The translations under genes were made by a program, and so were the position numbers. A stretch of 64,000 nucleotides of DNA from Chrysomallon squamiferum. Its lineage: Eukaryota > Animalia > Mollusca. Of the stretch, positions 12,248 through 25,389 are shown piece after piece (the stretch's first letter is position 1; every line of letters starts with the position of its first letter). Location: NCBI GenBank assembly GCA_012295275.1, contig CM022672.1, positions 6,634,001 to 6,698,000 on the forward strand, read 5' to 3'. The notes under the pieces are model-generated. The model did not search any database, was not told the origin of the DNA, and worked only from the letters and a program-made list of their open reading frames with translations.

Positions 12248-13092
12248 ATGAAAGAAAAGAAAAGAAAAAGTAAGAGAAAAGGAAAGAAAAAGCAAGAAAG
12301 AAAAAAGAAAAAGAACATCCATACTGAAAAACACACGTACATACAGAAATGCACATATACATACACATATATATTCACACATGCATGCGCGCACAAAACA
12401 CACACATACATACATACATACATACATACGATAACTCTTATAAATGTAATGGAAATCATAATTACCTTATTGAGAATGAATCAGAAATAAACAACGTTAC
12501 CTCTCAAGGTATAATAAAATACAGTACAATAATACAATGCAATAAAATTTATTTACAATACACATATATAAAATACATGACAATGTCTGCATCATTTTGC
12601 TCAATTTTCAGACATCTCTGTTTCTTCAGTGACAATGATTTTACATAAACACATCAACAGGTGAAAACTTTCCAGTCAATAGCCATAGTTTTAGACAATG
12701 ATATCTCTGATTCTAGTGACAATAGGTTTACATGATGGTATGTCCAGGTGACAGTTAATAGCTGGTGTTAAAGACCTTGTTTAGAGGTTGACTTCTTTTG
12801 TTTGCATTTGACTACCTGCTGATACAAGGTAAAGGTGACGTTAGGTTGATAACCGAACATGGACATTATTGAATTGTTTATCATAAATATAGATAATTTT
12901 ATTATACACTCTGTTATGCAAACCATTTTCTTATTTACATAATTTTTAAGTTTTCATTTTATAATTATTATTTTTTAATTGTTTTATTAGTAGTATTAGT
13001 ATTAGTATATTGTTGGTTTTTATTATTATAATTATTTTTTCTCTTTCTTACGCAAGATATCTATCAGAACATATAAAAAAAATAAAAATAAA

Positions 13093-13132
<40 letters not shown>

Positions 13133-13271
13133 GAAACCAAATTAAAATAAACCTAGCAAAAAGCGAATATAATTAGTTTGTAAATATATAAAAAAGAATA
13201 TAACAAAACAAATGCGTGTTCAAAGAGCTTGACAATAATTATATTTTCTTTTTGTGCAAGCAAATACTGGT

Positions 13272-15755
13272 TCAGAATCGAGGGTCATTGATTATATTTT
13301 CTCTTATGCTGTTTAGAACTGGTTCAGAATATTCGATTCCGGGAATAGTGTAAATGTCATCTTCGTGCACAACGCTGAGAATCTCTGGCGGGACGTCACG
13401 TAGTGTGTTGTTTCCTACAATCAGAAGAATGACACGTCTCGGCATCGCTTCCGATACTGCGAACAAACTCAGTCGTATTTTGAAGAACGTCATGGAATCT
13501 TGTAAAAACTCTCTGGTTACGACCAGCAGAGTCCTCCAGCTGGTGTTAATTCCGTCGACGATTCCTCCTAACACGTCGTGCCCCGGCATAACCTCACGTT
13601 CCTGAAGGAAGAGCTGCAGTCCTCCTTGTGTCTCCAGTTGTTCGTACACTGTCGTATAAACGAACTGATAATCGGCATCGCTGTAACCGATGTACAGGAC
13701 AAAACGAAAATCGCTTCGTCGTGGTAGTCTGTATGGGCTGTCTAGCCAGCGAAGAAGTCGGTGTTGTATTTTGGACCAGTTGTTAAGCACGAGGAAAACA
13801 CAGAGTAAGCCGATTATAATCATGCAAAATAAAAAAACGGCCACGGTCAGAATTGACTGGCTGATGCAGCTCATCCAGTGTGCGTAATAATCACGAGAGA
13901 CAGTTTTTGTGGTCGTCATGCTTGCATCGGTCGCCATGCAGTTATAATCACCACCCTTGTCCAGTTTGCTGTTTGTGGTGACAATCCACGAAATGAAATC
14001 TAGACTACTGCATGCGCATGACAAGGGATTTCCTTGCAGTGTAAGTGAAAAGTTTTCTCTGTTTATAATGGAATCGACGGTTTTTAGATATTCGCTGCTT
14101 AAGTGTGTCAAGGAATTGTACGAAAAACCTAAACTTAGAAGATTTTGTAAAGTGAAATCATTTATGGGTATTGACACAAAGTAATTATGAGATAAATCTA
14201 AAAAAGTCAATTTACTAAGGCCCTCAAATATATCCGGAGGTAACGCGGTTAATTTATTATCAGCTAAACTAATAGTTTCAAGTGATGTCGTTCTTGAAAA
14301 AATAGTTTTTGCATTATTGTAGAAAAAATTACCATCGAAGCCCATATTATTCATAAATACATGAACCAAGTTTGGAAATTTGTGCAAAAATTCCACTGGC
14401 AAAACCGTCACGTGGTTTTGAGAAATATCTAAGACTTCGAGATTTGGAATACCTGAAAGGCAACACTCAATTTTATAAATACCATCAAAAGATATATTTA
14501 AATATTCAGTATTACTTCCATTTATGACAGTAATAGAAGACATAATGCCATGACGAATTACACCCGCCATATCTAGATATTCTAGTAACGGCGGCATATA
14601 TACAAACATAACATTCTTACTGATACGTGTAGGTGACATTAAATCATCTACGGGTAAATTAATGAATTTCGACTGAAATGAAATATCTAAATGTTTCAGA
14701 TGAGTGAAGTCTCTCCAGTCGAGATAGTCGAAGTAATAACCGTTTAACAGGTTGTGTGAGATGTCCAGCTCCTCGATGCAGTTTGCGAAAGGAGGTTCAC
14801 GCAATGCCGACATATCGGCATAAAAAATCTGATTGTGTCTGAGAATCAACTTTTTAACGCAGATTTTGACCAAGTATTTTGCGTCGTCCTTGGTGATCAA
14901 AGAGGTGCTGCCGTACGTTTTGTACGAATCGGTGCGCGAGTTGAACACTCTCGTAAAATCAATCAGATTCATACGGTGACCTTGTAAGCCATACAGCGAA
15001 GTCAAGGCGTCTTTGATGGTTAGTTGTTTTGCCCACTTCATGTTTAGAACACTCAGTTTTTTCAGTGACACAAAGGCGCCAGTTTCAATTCGGTGCAAGG
15101 GACAGTTTTCAAAATCAAGAACCGACAGTGGGGCATTTTGTAGATAGTGGAAAGTATTGTTCTCAATTATGGTTAACCGACACTTCTTACGGTAAAACTG
15201 CAGAAACTGAAGGTTAGACAAGCCTGCAAATCCTTGACCAAGTGTAATGTTATGAAAGCCGTCAAGATAAAGTGTGCGGAGATTACTAAGAGACTGGAAT
15301 GAAATGTCAGGGTACGGACGCGGTGTATCGATCCTGTTGTCGGACAGATCGAGAATTTCTAATGACCGCAGAGGAATGAAAACATCTTTGGGGAATAAGT
15401 CATAGTCGTAAACCAGCTTATTTGATGCTAGATTAAGATGCTGCAAGTTTTCCAGTCCAGTAAAGGATTTCGAATGAAGTCTGTTAATTCTGTTCTTGTG
15501 CAAGTTTAGTTGCCGCAGTTCAGTTGCGACTGCAAAAGCGTTCTCCTCTATCTCTGCTATAGAATTGTTTCTAAGGTTCAACGTTGTCGTATTGTTGGGG
15601 ATATTCCGAGGAACTGAGGTTAATTTCAAGTCACTGCAATCCATAACTAAGCCATGGAAGGTAGTATCTTCGTGAAAATGGCACAACTGCTCGAATGAAG
15701 GATTTAACAAAGACAGAAACAGTACTCCAGCAATCAAGAGAGATGTGTACAACAT
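13272..15755 (-). CDS. Toll-like receptor, single-cysteine-cluster type, 827 aa, single coding exon
   Basis: Signal peptide, LRRNT (C...DCSDLKLTSVPRNIP), many LxxLxLxxN repeats, LRRCT (NPLSCACSSLDFISW...C), a TM helix (ILTVAVFLFCMIIIGLLCVFLVL) and a TIR domain (YIGYS, REVMPG BB-loop, SWRTLLVVTREFL). Acceptor just upstream of the ATG; probable 5'UTR donor near 16047. Confidence 0.95.
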   Translation of the reverse strand: MLYTSLLIAGVLFLSLLNPSFEQLCHFHEDTTFHGLVMDCSDLKLTSVPRNIPNNTTTLNLRNNSIAEIEENAFAVATELRQLNLHKNRINRLHSKSFTGLENLQHLNLASNKLVYDYDLFPKDVFIPLRSLEILDLSDNRIDTPRPYPDISFQSLSNLRTLYLDGFHNITLGQGFAGLSNLQFLQFYRKKCRLTIIENNTFHYLQNAPLSVLDFENCPLHRIETGAFVSLKKLSVLNMKWAKQLTIKDALTSLYGLQGHRMNLIDFTRVFNSRTDSYKTYGSTSLITKDDAKYLVKICVKKLILRHNQIFYADMSALREPPFANCIEELDISHNLLNGYYFDYLDWRDFTHLKHLDISFQSKFINLPVDDLMSPTRISKNVMFVYMPPLLEYLDMAGVIRHGIMSSITVINGSNTEYLNISFDGIYKIECCLSGIPNLEVLDISQNHVTVLPVEFLHKFPNLVHVFMNNMGFDGNFFYNNAKTIFSRTTSLETISLADNKLTALPPDIFEGLSKLTFLDLSHNYFVSIPINDFTLQNLLSLGFSYNSLTHLSSEYLKTVDSIINRENFSLTLQGNPLSCACSSLDFISWIVTTNSKLDKGGDYNCMATDASMTTTKTVSRDYYAHWMSCISQSILTVAVFLFCMIIIGLLCVFLVLNNWSKIQHRLLRWLDSPYRLPRRSDFRFVLYIGYSDADYQFVYTTVYEQLETQGGLQLFLQEREVMPGHDVLGGIVDGINTSWRTLLVVTREFLQDSMTFFKIRLSLFAVSEAMPRRVILLIVGNNTLRDVPPEILSVVHEDDIYTIPGIEYSEPVLNSIRENIINDPRF

Positions 15756-16408
15756 TCTTCTTCTTTTCTCTGTAACGAATTAATTACAGATATATGCACA
15801 TTTATTTCTTTCATAGACGTATAAGTAAATAAATCCATAATTATAACATATGAAATACACACGTATGTAATTTTTTGTTGTATGTGTGTGTAATGGAGTG
15901 TGTGCATTATTTTCACTATCACCATTACGTCCACACTAGTGTGTACTGTTATTATACACATTTCATTGTTCATACTATTTAATTTAATCTTTCAAGCTCT
16001 TTGTTACTTCTGATTTTTAAAAACAGAAAATTAAACAGCTTGTACTTACAAAAGAAATACTTTTAACTCCTATCCATTCAACAGTAGAGATATATTCAAG
16101 TATAATGCATCCTTGTGCTTTATCTGCATATCAGTTAAACCCAAAACCGGAAAATACTTCTCAATGTCAGAACATGTGATGTCGGTGAATCATCAATAAA
16201 AATACACTTCTACAAACAACGAAATTTTAAACTCACAATGCAATATTTGCAGCAGGAGAGAGATTACGGATTTAAGTTGGTGTTATGGAATGTGCAAAAT
16301 TAATAAGGCCGAAATCCAGTAACTGGAGTTAAGAATACTAGATTAATTGATACTATACGTCGAAACTAAACACTGAAAGAAAAAAAGTAAAATAGAATTT
16401 AAAAATCA

Positions 16409-16457
<49 letters not shown>

Positions 16458-16838
16458 TTTAACATAGAAAAAATAAATTCATTTAAAAAAATAAATAAAC
16501 AATACTTATATAAAAAAAAAAAAAAAAAATTGAAAGAAAAAAGCAAACACAGCAATACTGTCACGAAACAAAAATTATTATTATTATTATTATGAGAATA
16601 TTCTGTTAAATGTACAGAATAAATTATCCAGTTTGTCATTCACTTCAGTTATACCTTTGCACATCGATTGGAAATAAAAGAGAAAATGAAAAAGAAACAC
16701 AATAACAATAAATATAAGAAACGCTCGTGCAAATTATTCATTCTTATTTTGAAAATAACATCACTGTCTCTTGTTTCTCCCCTCCTGCGTAAGCATGTAT
16801 GGGCTCACTAACGCAAACACGTGCAAAGTGGACTACTT

Positions 16839-17795
16839 TCATGAAGCAATTTGTAGTAGATACTTCTTCATTGGCACTGGTATTTGTAAAGAAAATACAT
16901 TTTGTATCACCGGTAATTCAATAACAGATCTTATCTTATTTCTACACAGCAGTTTCAGTGGTTTAGGTTGAAATACAAAATGGTACACATACATTTGAAG
17001 AAACGATTCACTCTCACCGAATGCAATCCACAATTGTTTAACATCGCATCCAAATTCTAAAAGAATCTCAATTACTGGAAGCTGTTTTAAGAATACTGCC
17101 AAAAGAACGGGAGTGACGGAGGTTAGTCCGAAAATAGGTTTCTCATATTTGGCTTCAGTGTCTAAACTACAGCTGTGACGAATAAGAAGTTTCACAGCTT
17201 CTATGTTAAATTCCTCCACAGCTTGGTGAAGAGGAGTTTTTCCCATTCGATTCTGTACATTTACGTCACATCCTGCAGCAAGCAATGAAAGCAAAGAAAA
17301 GTACTTTCCGCTTTTGTAATAGTGTTTCTGAACAGTCCCAATAATCTCTCTGCTCGACTGATACGTTATGGAATCGCTCGTTGAATCTATGGTTGGAATA
17401 ACACAGCAGAACGAAGTGAGGGTGTAATGAATGGCGGCCGTACATGTGTTACTATGGTAATTTACCGAACATCCATGTTGCAAAAGAATGTCGACGATAC
17501 CAACATTACCGGACGAGCAAGCTCTCATTAAAGGAGTAGCCCCACAGCAATCGACTGGGTTCTTGTTGATTGCTTTAGACTGCAAAAGGAATTCGACGCA
17601 TTTCCAATGTGAATATATTACCGACATGTGCAGAAACGTCTGCCCAGAACTGTTTCTGAAGTTCACATCCGCTCCTTTACGAACCAGTTGTTTGACACGT
17701 TTTAAATGTCCCTTTCGAATCCAAACAGTAAGCTGTTGCTCAAGATCTGAATCAAAATCTGACGTACATAACAAGCGGTTCACTAAGAATGACAT
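16839..17795 (-). CDS. Ankyrin repeat and SOCS box protein (ASB-like), 318 aa
   Basis: Ankyrin repeats (GADVNFRNSSGQTFLH, GATPLMRAC, GKTPLHQAV, TPVLLAV) and a C-terminal SOCS box (PKPLKLLCRNKIR...LQIPVPMKKYLL). Acceptor near 17851 implies an upstream non-coding exon. Confidence 0.92.
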   Translation of the reverse strand: MSFLVNRLLCTSDFDSDLEQQLTVWIRKGHLKRVKQLVRKGADVNFRNSSGQTFLHMSVIYSHWKCVEFLLQSKAINKNPVDCCGATPLMRACSSGNVGIVDILLQHGCSVNYHSNTCTAAIHYTLTSFCCVIPTIDSTSDSITYQSSREIIGTVQKHYYKSGKYFSLLSLLAAGCDVNVQNRMGKTPLHQAVEEFNIEAVKLLIRHSCSLDTEAKYEKPIFGLTSVTPVLLAVFLKQLPVIEILLEFGCDVKQLWIAFGESESFLQMYVYHFVFQPKPLKLLCRNKIRSVIELPVIQNVFSLQIPVPMKKYLLQIAS

Positions 17796-18063
17796 CAGTA
17801 AATGGCTGAAATGCGGGTGTTGTCGTTATGCTCTCTTTATTATTGCTTTTCTGAAACAGTTAAATAAAACGCATTATTAAATAAACACTATAAACATTCC
17901 GATAATAAGCTGGCAGGAATTCGTAGTACAGTCACTGTTAATAGTAAATTGCTGGTACTAATAGTAGTAATAATAATAACTACAGTAACTAAAATACTAA
18001 CTTAATTTACTCATTATCTTTAGTGTTAAATATATTTTTAATAGCTAAAATTGTGAAGCTAAG

Positions 18064-18376
18064 AAAAAAGTCACAACTTTTAGTAGAAAAAACCCCCAGT
18101 ATGTTAGGAAATGAAAGAGTTTGTCACTGTGAGTTTTTGTTAGTATTCTTCATTTTCAGTGTCAGTGATTTAAACGGATCTTCCAGCCGTTTCCACGGAG
18201 ACATTCAAATGGTCCTCAAGACAGTTGACACACAGGTTGCGCATGCGCTAATGGAGCTGAACATGGCGTCGTCGAACCTGTGGTCGAGGTGGGTTGGCAA
18301 CTGCATCCTGCTGGATGATGTCGCTCACTGTTGCTTGCTCACGTTGAAACCATTCAATAACCCGCCATATATGTAC

Positions 18377-18449
<73 letters not shown>

Positions 18450-18505
18450 CATATATATATATACATATATATATATACATATATATACATATATACATAT
18501 ATACA

Positions 18506-18539
<34 letters not shown>

Positions 18540-18600
18540 TTTTTTTTCTTTTTTTTAATTGTGACTTTTTCTCCCCTGTATCAAATTGTGACTTTTTTTT
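18064..18600 (-). mobile_element. Degenerate Mutator-like (MULE) element relic, probably in the first intron of the ASB gene
   Basis: Minus strand 18200-18370 translates [46 protein letters not shown], resembling the C-terminus of animal MULE transposases. Flanked by inverted aaaaagtcacaa (18064-18075) and ttgtgacttttt (about 18559 and 18587); interrupted by (TA)n. Confidence 0.6.
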
Positions 18601-18699
18601 TTCCCCTTTGTCACCGAAAATTATAAATGTGGGACAGAGAGTAAAACAGTAGTGATATTTCTGTAAGATGAAAATGGCCTAAAAACAGGTTTTATATTA

Positions 18700-18900
18700 C
18701 TGTAACCACATACTTGGTAATTGACGAACTGAAGTAAACTACTTCGTTCGTCAAGGTTTGGTAAATACTCCTACACAGATACAGACAAATGCTTTTTATA
18801 TATTTTTAGTTACTGAATGTTATATTCAACTGAGTCGTCATTGGCGAACTTTAGTCTTTTTCAGTACGCCATTTTGGATGTTTCCTATTCTGACAAGTAT
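18700..18900 (-). promoter_or_regulatory. Probable promoter and first non-coding exon of the ASB gene
   Basis: YY1 consensus AAAATGGCG on the minus strand (18867-18875), donor-like CAA|GTATGT near 18713, and local CpG enrichment. Confidence 0.4.
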
Positions 18901-19342
18901 GTGGCTGGTTTAGCTAACGACAGCTTTATATTTTGCTGTGTATGAGATGGTGCGTAATCTTGCTGGATATCTTGCTGCTAACTTGTCAAATTGAACGGTG
19001 TTTTGTTTTATGCGACTGTGTTTCCATTTACTGCTAAATTCGGCACATTCTGAGTCGTCCTAGTACAGTTTAAACAATTGTAAACATTTATTATCGTGTG
19101 CGTTGTTTGTGTGTGTGTGTGTGTGTGTGTGTGCTAACAAATCTAGATTACAGCTGTATTGATAACAAGATTACACATGTAGTATTAAGTTACACGAAGC
19201 ATGTCGAACTTGCTGCTGTTGTAGATCTTGGTTACACAGGTTTTAGTTATATTTTATTATGCATTACTAACACGGTACACTAAAAGAGATACTTACTCTG
19301 ACAAAAACCGCATCTCTTGCTTTTGCTCGATAGTCTTCTGTC

Positions 19343-19385
<43 letters not shown>

Positions 19386-19794
19386 CGCAGTTCTCGCGTA
19401 AACACGTTTCAGATTAGACGCTACATCCAAAGAAGAACGTGAAATACCAAGCCCTTGTAAAACAACAGTTTATACCCAGATGTGAAAAGTGTTTAAAGTG
19501 TTGTTTACGTCGTTTTTACTCGGACCCTATGTACTAGGTAATACTCAGCGTCTCTGGTGACATGTGGCATGTGTGTACATTAGCTTGTTGACGGCTGTTA
19601 AGATATTTGGCCTACAATTTACTATCTGGTGTCATTCTCGTTACTAAGAAGGCTCGAGGCGGGATGTTTTAAATAAAAGTTGTAAGTACTGTGGAAAACA
19701 CTTCATAGATGACGGGTCAAGTCGTACGAAACGGAATTCGTATCGAGTTGAATCAAATATTACTGAACAAAGCATCAAATTTGTATTAAAAATG

Positions 19795-20080
19795 TATGTA
19801 TACATACACACCTATACATACATACATACATACATACACCTATACATACATATATACACCTATACATACATACATATATATATATATATACAAACATACG
19901 TACATACATACGTACATACATACATACATACATACATATACATACATACATACATACATACATACATACATACATACATACATACATACATACATACATA
20001 CATACATACATACATACATACATACATACATACATACATACATACATACATACATACATCCATACATATATACATATATA
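19795..20080. repeat. (TACA)n microsatellite
   Basis: Long tetranucleotide array. It generates the spurious MYVC/HTYI ORFs. Confidence 0.95.
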
Positions 20081-20763
20081 CAGTATACCCTCACCTGTTC
20101 ACGGTTCCCCATTCGCGGCCCCGCATATTCGCGGGTTAGGCTCTTAACCCTATCGCATCGTATGCTGATATACCAGGCTAGCGTCATAACGTCATAAAAA
20201 CAATTATTATTGCAATACAGTACGTATATTTTTATAAATGCATACACTGTATGTACAGTGCATATTTTTTGTGACCGTGTATTAATAATGTTTTTAATTG
20301 CATATTATTACTGAATTGTATTATTATTACCTGAACTGTGCGTACTGTATTTATCTGTCTGTTTGCCTTTAAATTTGTTCCACTTTCTGTCAATTCTAAT
20401 ACAAATGTTGTACGCACAGAAAATGACTTTACGGTACAGTAATACTGTATGGGTAACTATGCTATGCGGTGTTACTGTCCTCCTGTATTTACGTTTCTTT
20501 CTGATTAAAATATTGTTTCAGTACAAAATTAAAATGTGTTTACATTATCATTACTACATTAGTGAAATACATAACTGCATGCAATATTACTACATTATTA
20601 CTGTATTAATGAGTAAGAGTGTCTTTAGAAAGTGTTTGGGAAGCATTTAGTACCGTATATAATCTCATAATAGACGTTTTAAAACTGCATCCAATATTCG
20701 CGGTTTTTCGCTATTCGCGGGGAGGTAAAGAACGTAACCACCGCGAATAGCGAGGGAATACTG
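20081..20763. mobile_element. Non-autonomous Tc1/mariner (Tigger/pogo-type) element, about 680 bp
   Basis: Left TIR ta|CAGTATACCCTCACCTGTTCACGG; right TIR reverse complement CAGTATTCCCTCGCTATTCGCGG, followed by ta. TA target duplication, repeated subterminal ATTCGCGG motifs, no transposase ORF. Confidence 0.85.
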
Positions 20764-21539
20764 TACTGACTATGGTAAATATAATGTTGAAATACTAAGG
20801 TAAATAAAAACTTTGTCAGCTGATGCCTCCAAGGTACGCTGTTAAGTCGTATCAAAATCAGTTCGAACTAAAACGAATCAACATTCATTCATACTATAAC
20901 CTGGGTGAAATATACGGCTTAAGTTGGGTATTTAATTAAAACAGCGTGGAAATAACAGAGAAAATGTGTAAATGTATTAAATTATTTTAATCAGTCATTC
21001 ATTTATGACGTTTTATGTGAAGATGAGGATGTAGTATTTTATCTAATTTAATTAGATAAACAGATAAATTAAATTAAATTAAATAGAAATGTGAAAAAGA
21101 AATGGACAGTCCCAAAGTCAGTGTGTGTTGTTTTTTTGTTGTTGTTTTTCGTGATATTCTTTGAAAGACATCTGATAACCTGAATATTTCTACAATTAAA
21201 ATTATTTTCACGTGCAAGTTTCTTTTATCAGAACACACCATGAAATAATTACAGTCGTAATTCTCCAAGGTCATAAAATTCTTTCGTTTTGTACTCGTTT
21301 TGACATTGTTGTTCAAGTAAACGAAAGATAGGATTATTCAAAATGATGGGAAAGTTTCAAAAGCTCAAAACATTCTTTGGTATATATCTGTCTTGAGTAA
21401 CTCAAAGACTGGCTGGTTCTGACAGTTTTTATACGTTTTCTGTGGTAAGTTTTCAATCAGATCTGTTCCAAACTTGGATTGCTTTGGGATTACTGCAGTC
21501 ATAGAGACATCTCTACTTGAAATTATTCCTAAATTACAA

Positions 21540-21830
21540 AGAAATATGGAGATTATCAAGTCCAGCAGAGGCAAAGACAGGCTGTGGTACAAAGGAGAGG
21601 ACATCAGTGGTCCTCAGTGACGGGTGTACCTGCAGCATCATAGGCCCCTCTGCTGTAAAATTGATCAGGAAGAAATTCAGTTATTGTTCCACTGACTAAT
21701 AGCTGCTACGTGATATTGTAAAATATTTGTTTTGGAACCCCATCCATTCAAACCGCCCAGCAAATGGGTGATACCACCATTTGAGAGTATTGCCCGTCCT
21801 AAAGCATTCCTGGGATAATACGCAAACTGA
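21540..21830 (+). mobile_element. Internally deleted FLYWCH/MULE transposase relic
   Basis: The ATG at 21546 gives MEIIKSSRGKDRLWYKG, matching the start of FLYWCH zinc fingers in animal MULE transposases. The similarity then breaks and downstream frames contain stops. Confidence 0.45.
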
Positions 21831-22013
21831 ATCAACCTTGAACCCTTCTGAATACCCGTGGTGCTCGGTCAGCTCCTGGACTATAAACAGATGTTGTACT
21901 TGCTACATTTACACGTATACTTTTGTTAAATGTGTAAATAAAATTTCTTATTTGATATAATATCCATTTGTCTGGTGGGGTGGGGGTGGGCTTGTTACTA
22001 TTTTTTAACCTTC

Positions 22014-22060
22014 AGGGTGAGCAACTGTCCAGTTCAGTGGGAAAATGTCCCGGACCGATT
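22014..22060 (+). mobile_element. hAT (Blackjack-like) terminal fragment
   Basis: CAGGGTGAGCAACTGTCC...TGTCCCGG resembles the AGGGTGACCAACTGTCCCGG terminus type. No partner end identified. Confidence 0.3.
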
Positions 22061-24736
22061 TACAGGGAATATTTGCAAAACTGAACATTTTACAATGTAC
22101 GTACAGAAAAAGGGTTAAATTAGTTCATGAATCAATGTACCATGACCAGTCAAACTCTTCCACAAAAGGTATAATTTTAGTCAGGAATTATCTTCCAAGA
22201 ATGACGAAAGCATTGTTTCAACAAAGATTCAGACCGATCCCAAAGGCAGCCATTTTTAAAAACGGGCAATACCGAAAGTTAGGATAGACTTTTAAAAACT
22301 GAACTATATATGCCAGTTTAAACATATATGTATATTTCTTCATCTTTTTAAATTCTATATATAAAAGTACGTGACAAAAAGAACGTTTTATTTTATCAGT
22401 AGTACAAAAATTTATTTAGACCATCTATATGTAAAACACTAGATCTACATTATCAAGTTACTGAAAGGAGAGTATAAAATGTATTCTTTCATTTATTTTC
22501 TAGACATGGTGTGTTGGTGTGTTTGTGTGTGCGTCGGTGCGTGCAATCCCAGACAATGAATATTAAATAATAAAAAAAAAATAAAAAAATTAACAAACAA
22601 AATAACACAAAACAAATCATCTTTAATGCATTTTGTATGAAAGACGTGAAGTTTTGATTTATATAAAATTTAAAAAAAAACAAATTCATAATTAAATACA
22701 TTCACTAAGATGTAAATTGTAATTTACATAGTAAAAGAAAAGTTAAAAATCCATTACTAAACAAAGTACAGACATGTACAATAAAAAAAGATTAAAAAAA
22801 TATGATAAATGCAGAATTAACTTTATATATATATATATATATAAAGAACAAAATCTGAAGAAAGGTTCCAATGCTTGATGGCATCAAACAATATTTCATT
22901 ATAATTGCTAATGTTTCAGTATAACAAACATTTTATTGCTAAAAACCATGCATAATATATTGCATAAAAAAATTAAAGATAATTTTATTAAAAATGTTTT
23001 TGACAAAAGACTGACCTCATAATTTAATTTGTGCATATGCAACCATTAAATCAAGTTATTAAAAGGTACTAAAAGCTAATTAATGAATCAGAAACATGAA
23101 TACAAATATTTATTTGTTAATGACATAACTCTGTACATTATAAATATTATCAAACAAGCACCAGACACTGTATTTTTAAAAGACATATTTGGAAGTTTTA
23201 AAATAACCTATGCAAGAAGATAAAACAAAATATTATTATGGAATGTATACTATTTATTATACTTGTTGAAAATGTGAAAAATATTTAGTATTCAAATTTC
23301 CATTATTTAGTAGTTTTCTTTCTTAATAAAATTAAAACCGTCAGGATGCAGTTGTTCAAAACATTTCATCCGGTTAAAAAGATCACATCAAGTTAATACT
23401 AATTAACACTACAATTATATCACAGTCATTTTACAGTTTCTGCAACAACTGAAGCAGATCTATATAATACAGACCTTAAGTTCCCTGTTAATTGTGACAA
23501 CATTTAAAAAAATCAAAATCAAATATTCATCTTTACACATACGTCTATATGTAGATACAAACACACCACACATACACATCCCTCACAAGCCAGTTAACAT
23601 ATATTTACATTCCTTACTTTTTATTGCTATTTTCCATGCTTTCAGAAAAAGATAAACTGGCCTTGAATTCATGCAACAATTTAATCAAAATATATATATA
23701 AAGATGTTAAATGTGCTGTATCTTCCATGAATACCAGATTACAAATAATAAATATATTTAAAAAAAAAACACAAAAAAAACCCCTGCAAGTACAAAATGT
23801 TCAATGTGCACCACCACCTGTCCATGTTATTTTAAAACACATACCACAATACACCAAATTCTTGATATCTAACGATACAAAAATGAAACTAACATTCAGT
23901 GTATCCCTTGGTACAACTGGTTACATAATTACCAATTGCTACACATACAAACTTTTCATAAACAAGGATTTCATAAATAGAAGAAAAAAATGCTGGAAAT
24001 AAACTTGAAAAATATCTCAATATATTTCATTCGTTTTATGTTATGACTACAAATCTGTTTCTCGTTCAAGTCTTTCATCATTACATTCCAGTGATGAGTT
24101 AAATAGGCTTTAAAGCCACTGACAAAATACTGTCCCTGATATTATACTTATAACATGGATATCACAGACTCAAATGTCTGGGGTCTCAGATACAGTGATC
24201 ATGAATATGATTACTGTATGCTCTATTAAGATATTTTTATTTTATTTTAAATTTTGTGTGTGTATATATATATATATCAGAGGTCTCACTACAATCGTTT
24301 TGTGTAATAAATTAAACAGACACTTTGATTTTATTTAATTGCTAGTAAAATAAACTTGTTAATAGTTAATACATTTGATGCAATTATTTATGGGAGTATT
24401 TTTGACAAACAATTAATTTGAACATTGTTCAAAGTACTTGTACCCTGAACATTTTCTTTGTTTAACTTGCATATATAATTTTATTTCCAAAATGTTTAAT
24501 TAATGTAACTTGTTTAACTTCCAACATGACTATACTGTAAATACTGAGAACCCAGATAGACTTTATTATGCATTGATCTTGACATAATACAGACAAATAC
24601 AAAGCATAATAATACAATCTAATAATGTTAATAAATTTAAAAAGAAAAGAAAAAAAGAGCTAAAAATAGTAATCTGTAACATATTTAAATCAGCAATTAA
24701 TCCAGAATATGCATAAAACTGAATTTCTGGTATAAA

Positions 24737-25304
24737 TTATAAATGGACGTGTCCAAAATATGGCTCCAACCATTCCAAACACATTTCTCGAGGCACCCAT
24801 ATTAGTAAATAAACATAATATTCCAAGAGCCCCACAACAAATCCTGCTGCCACATCAATAACATGATGTCTTCCTAGCAACACTCTGGAACATGCCACAG
24901 ACAGGGCCCATACAATCATTGCGTAAATGTGTATGTATGAAGTAAAGATTCTATCAATGAAGAAACACACCAACATTGCAGCTCGGGTTGTATGGCCAGA
25001 AGGGAAAGAGAACAGATCAACCGACACCGTGGCAAACATGTCCATTTTGTTGATGGCAGGTCTTTCACGTCGCACCATTATTTTCAGCACAGCAACACAG
25101 AGGAGATCAAAGATAAGAACTGTAATAAAACAAACAATGATAATAAAAAAAGATTAAAGGCCAAAGAAGGTATAATTCAATTTAACCATAACTGAAACAA
25201 AAAGATTACATGTTGTAACCCATTTAATTATTTTTATGCCAAAAAACCTCAAAATGTTCAGTTTATATGGTCAAAATAAAGTAAAAATTCTTTGTAAATC
25301 GATA

Positions 25305-25389
<85 letters not shown>

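Noticed and set aside
18023-18652. 209-aa plus-strand ORF
   Set aside because: It is the antisense of a MULE relic joined to (TA)n and poly-T tracts.
24091-24220. C/D-box-like GTGATGA...CTGA and a small hairpin in the PLPP 3' region
   Set aside because: Too short, no terminal stem or recognisable rRNA guide, and expected by chance in AT-rich DNA.
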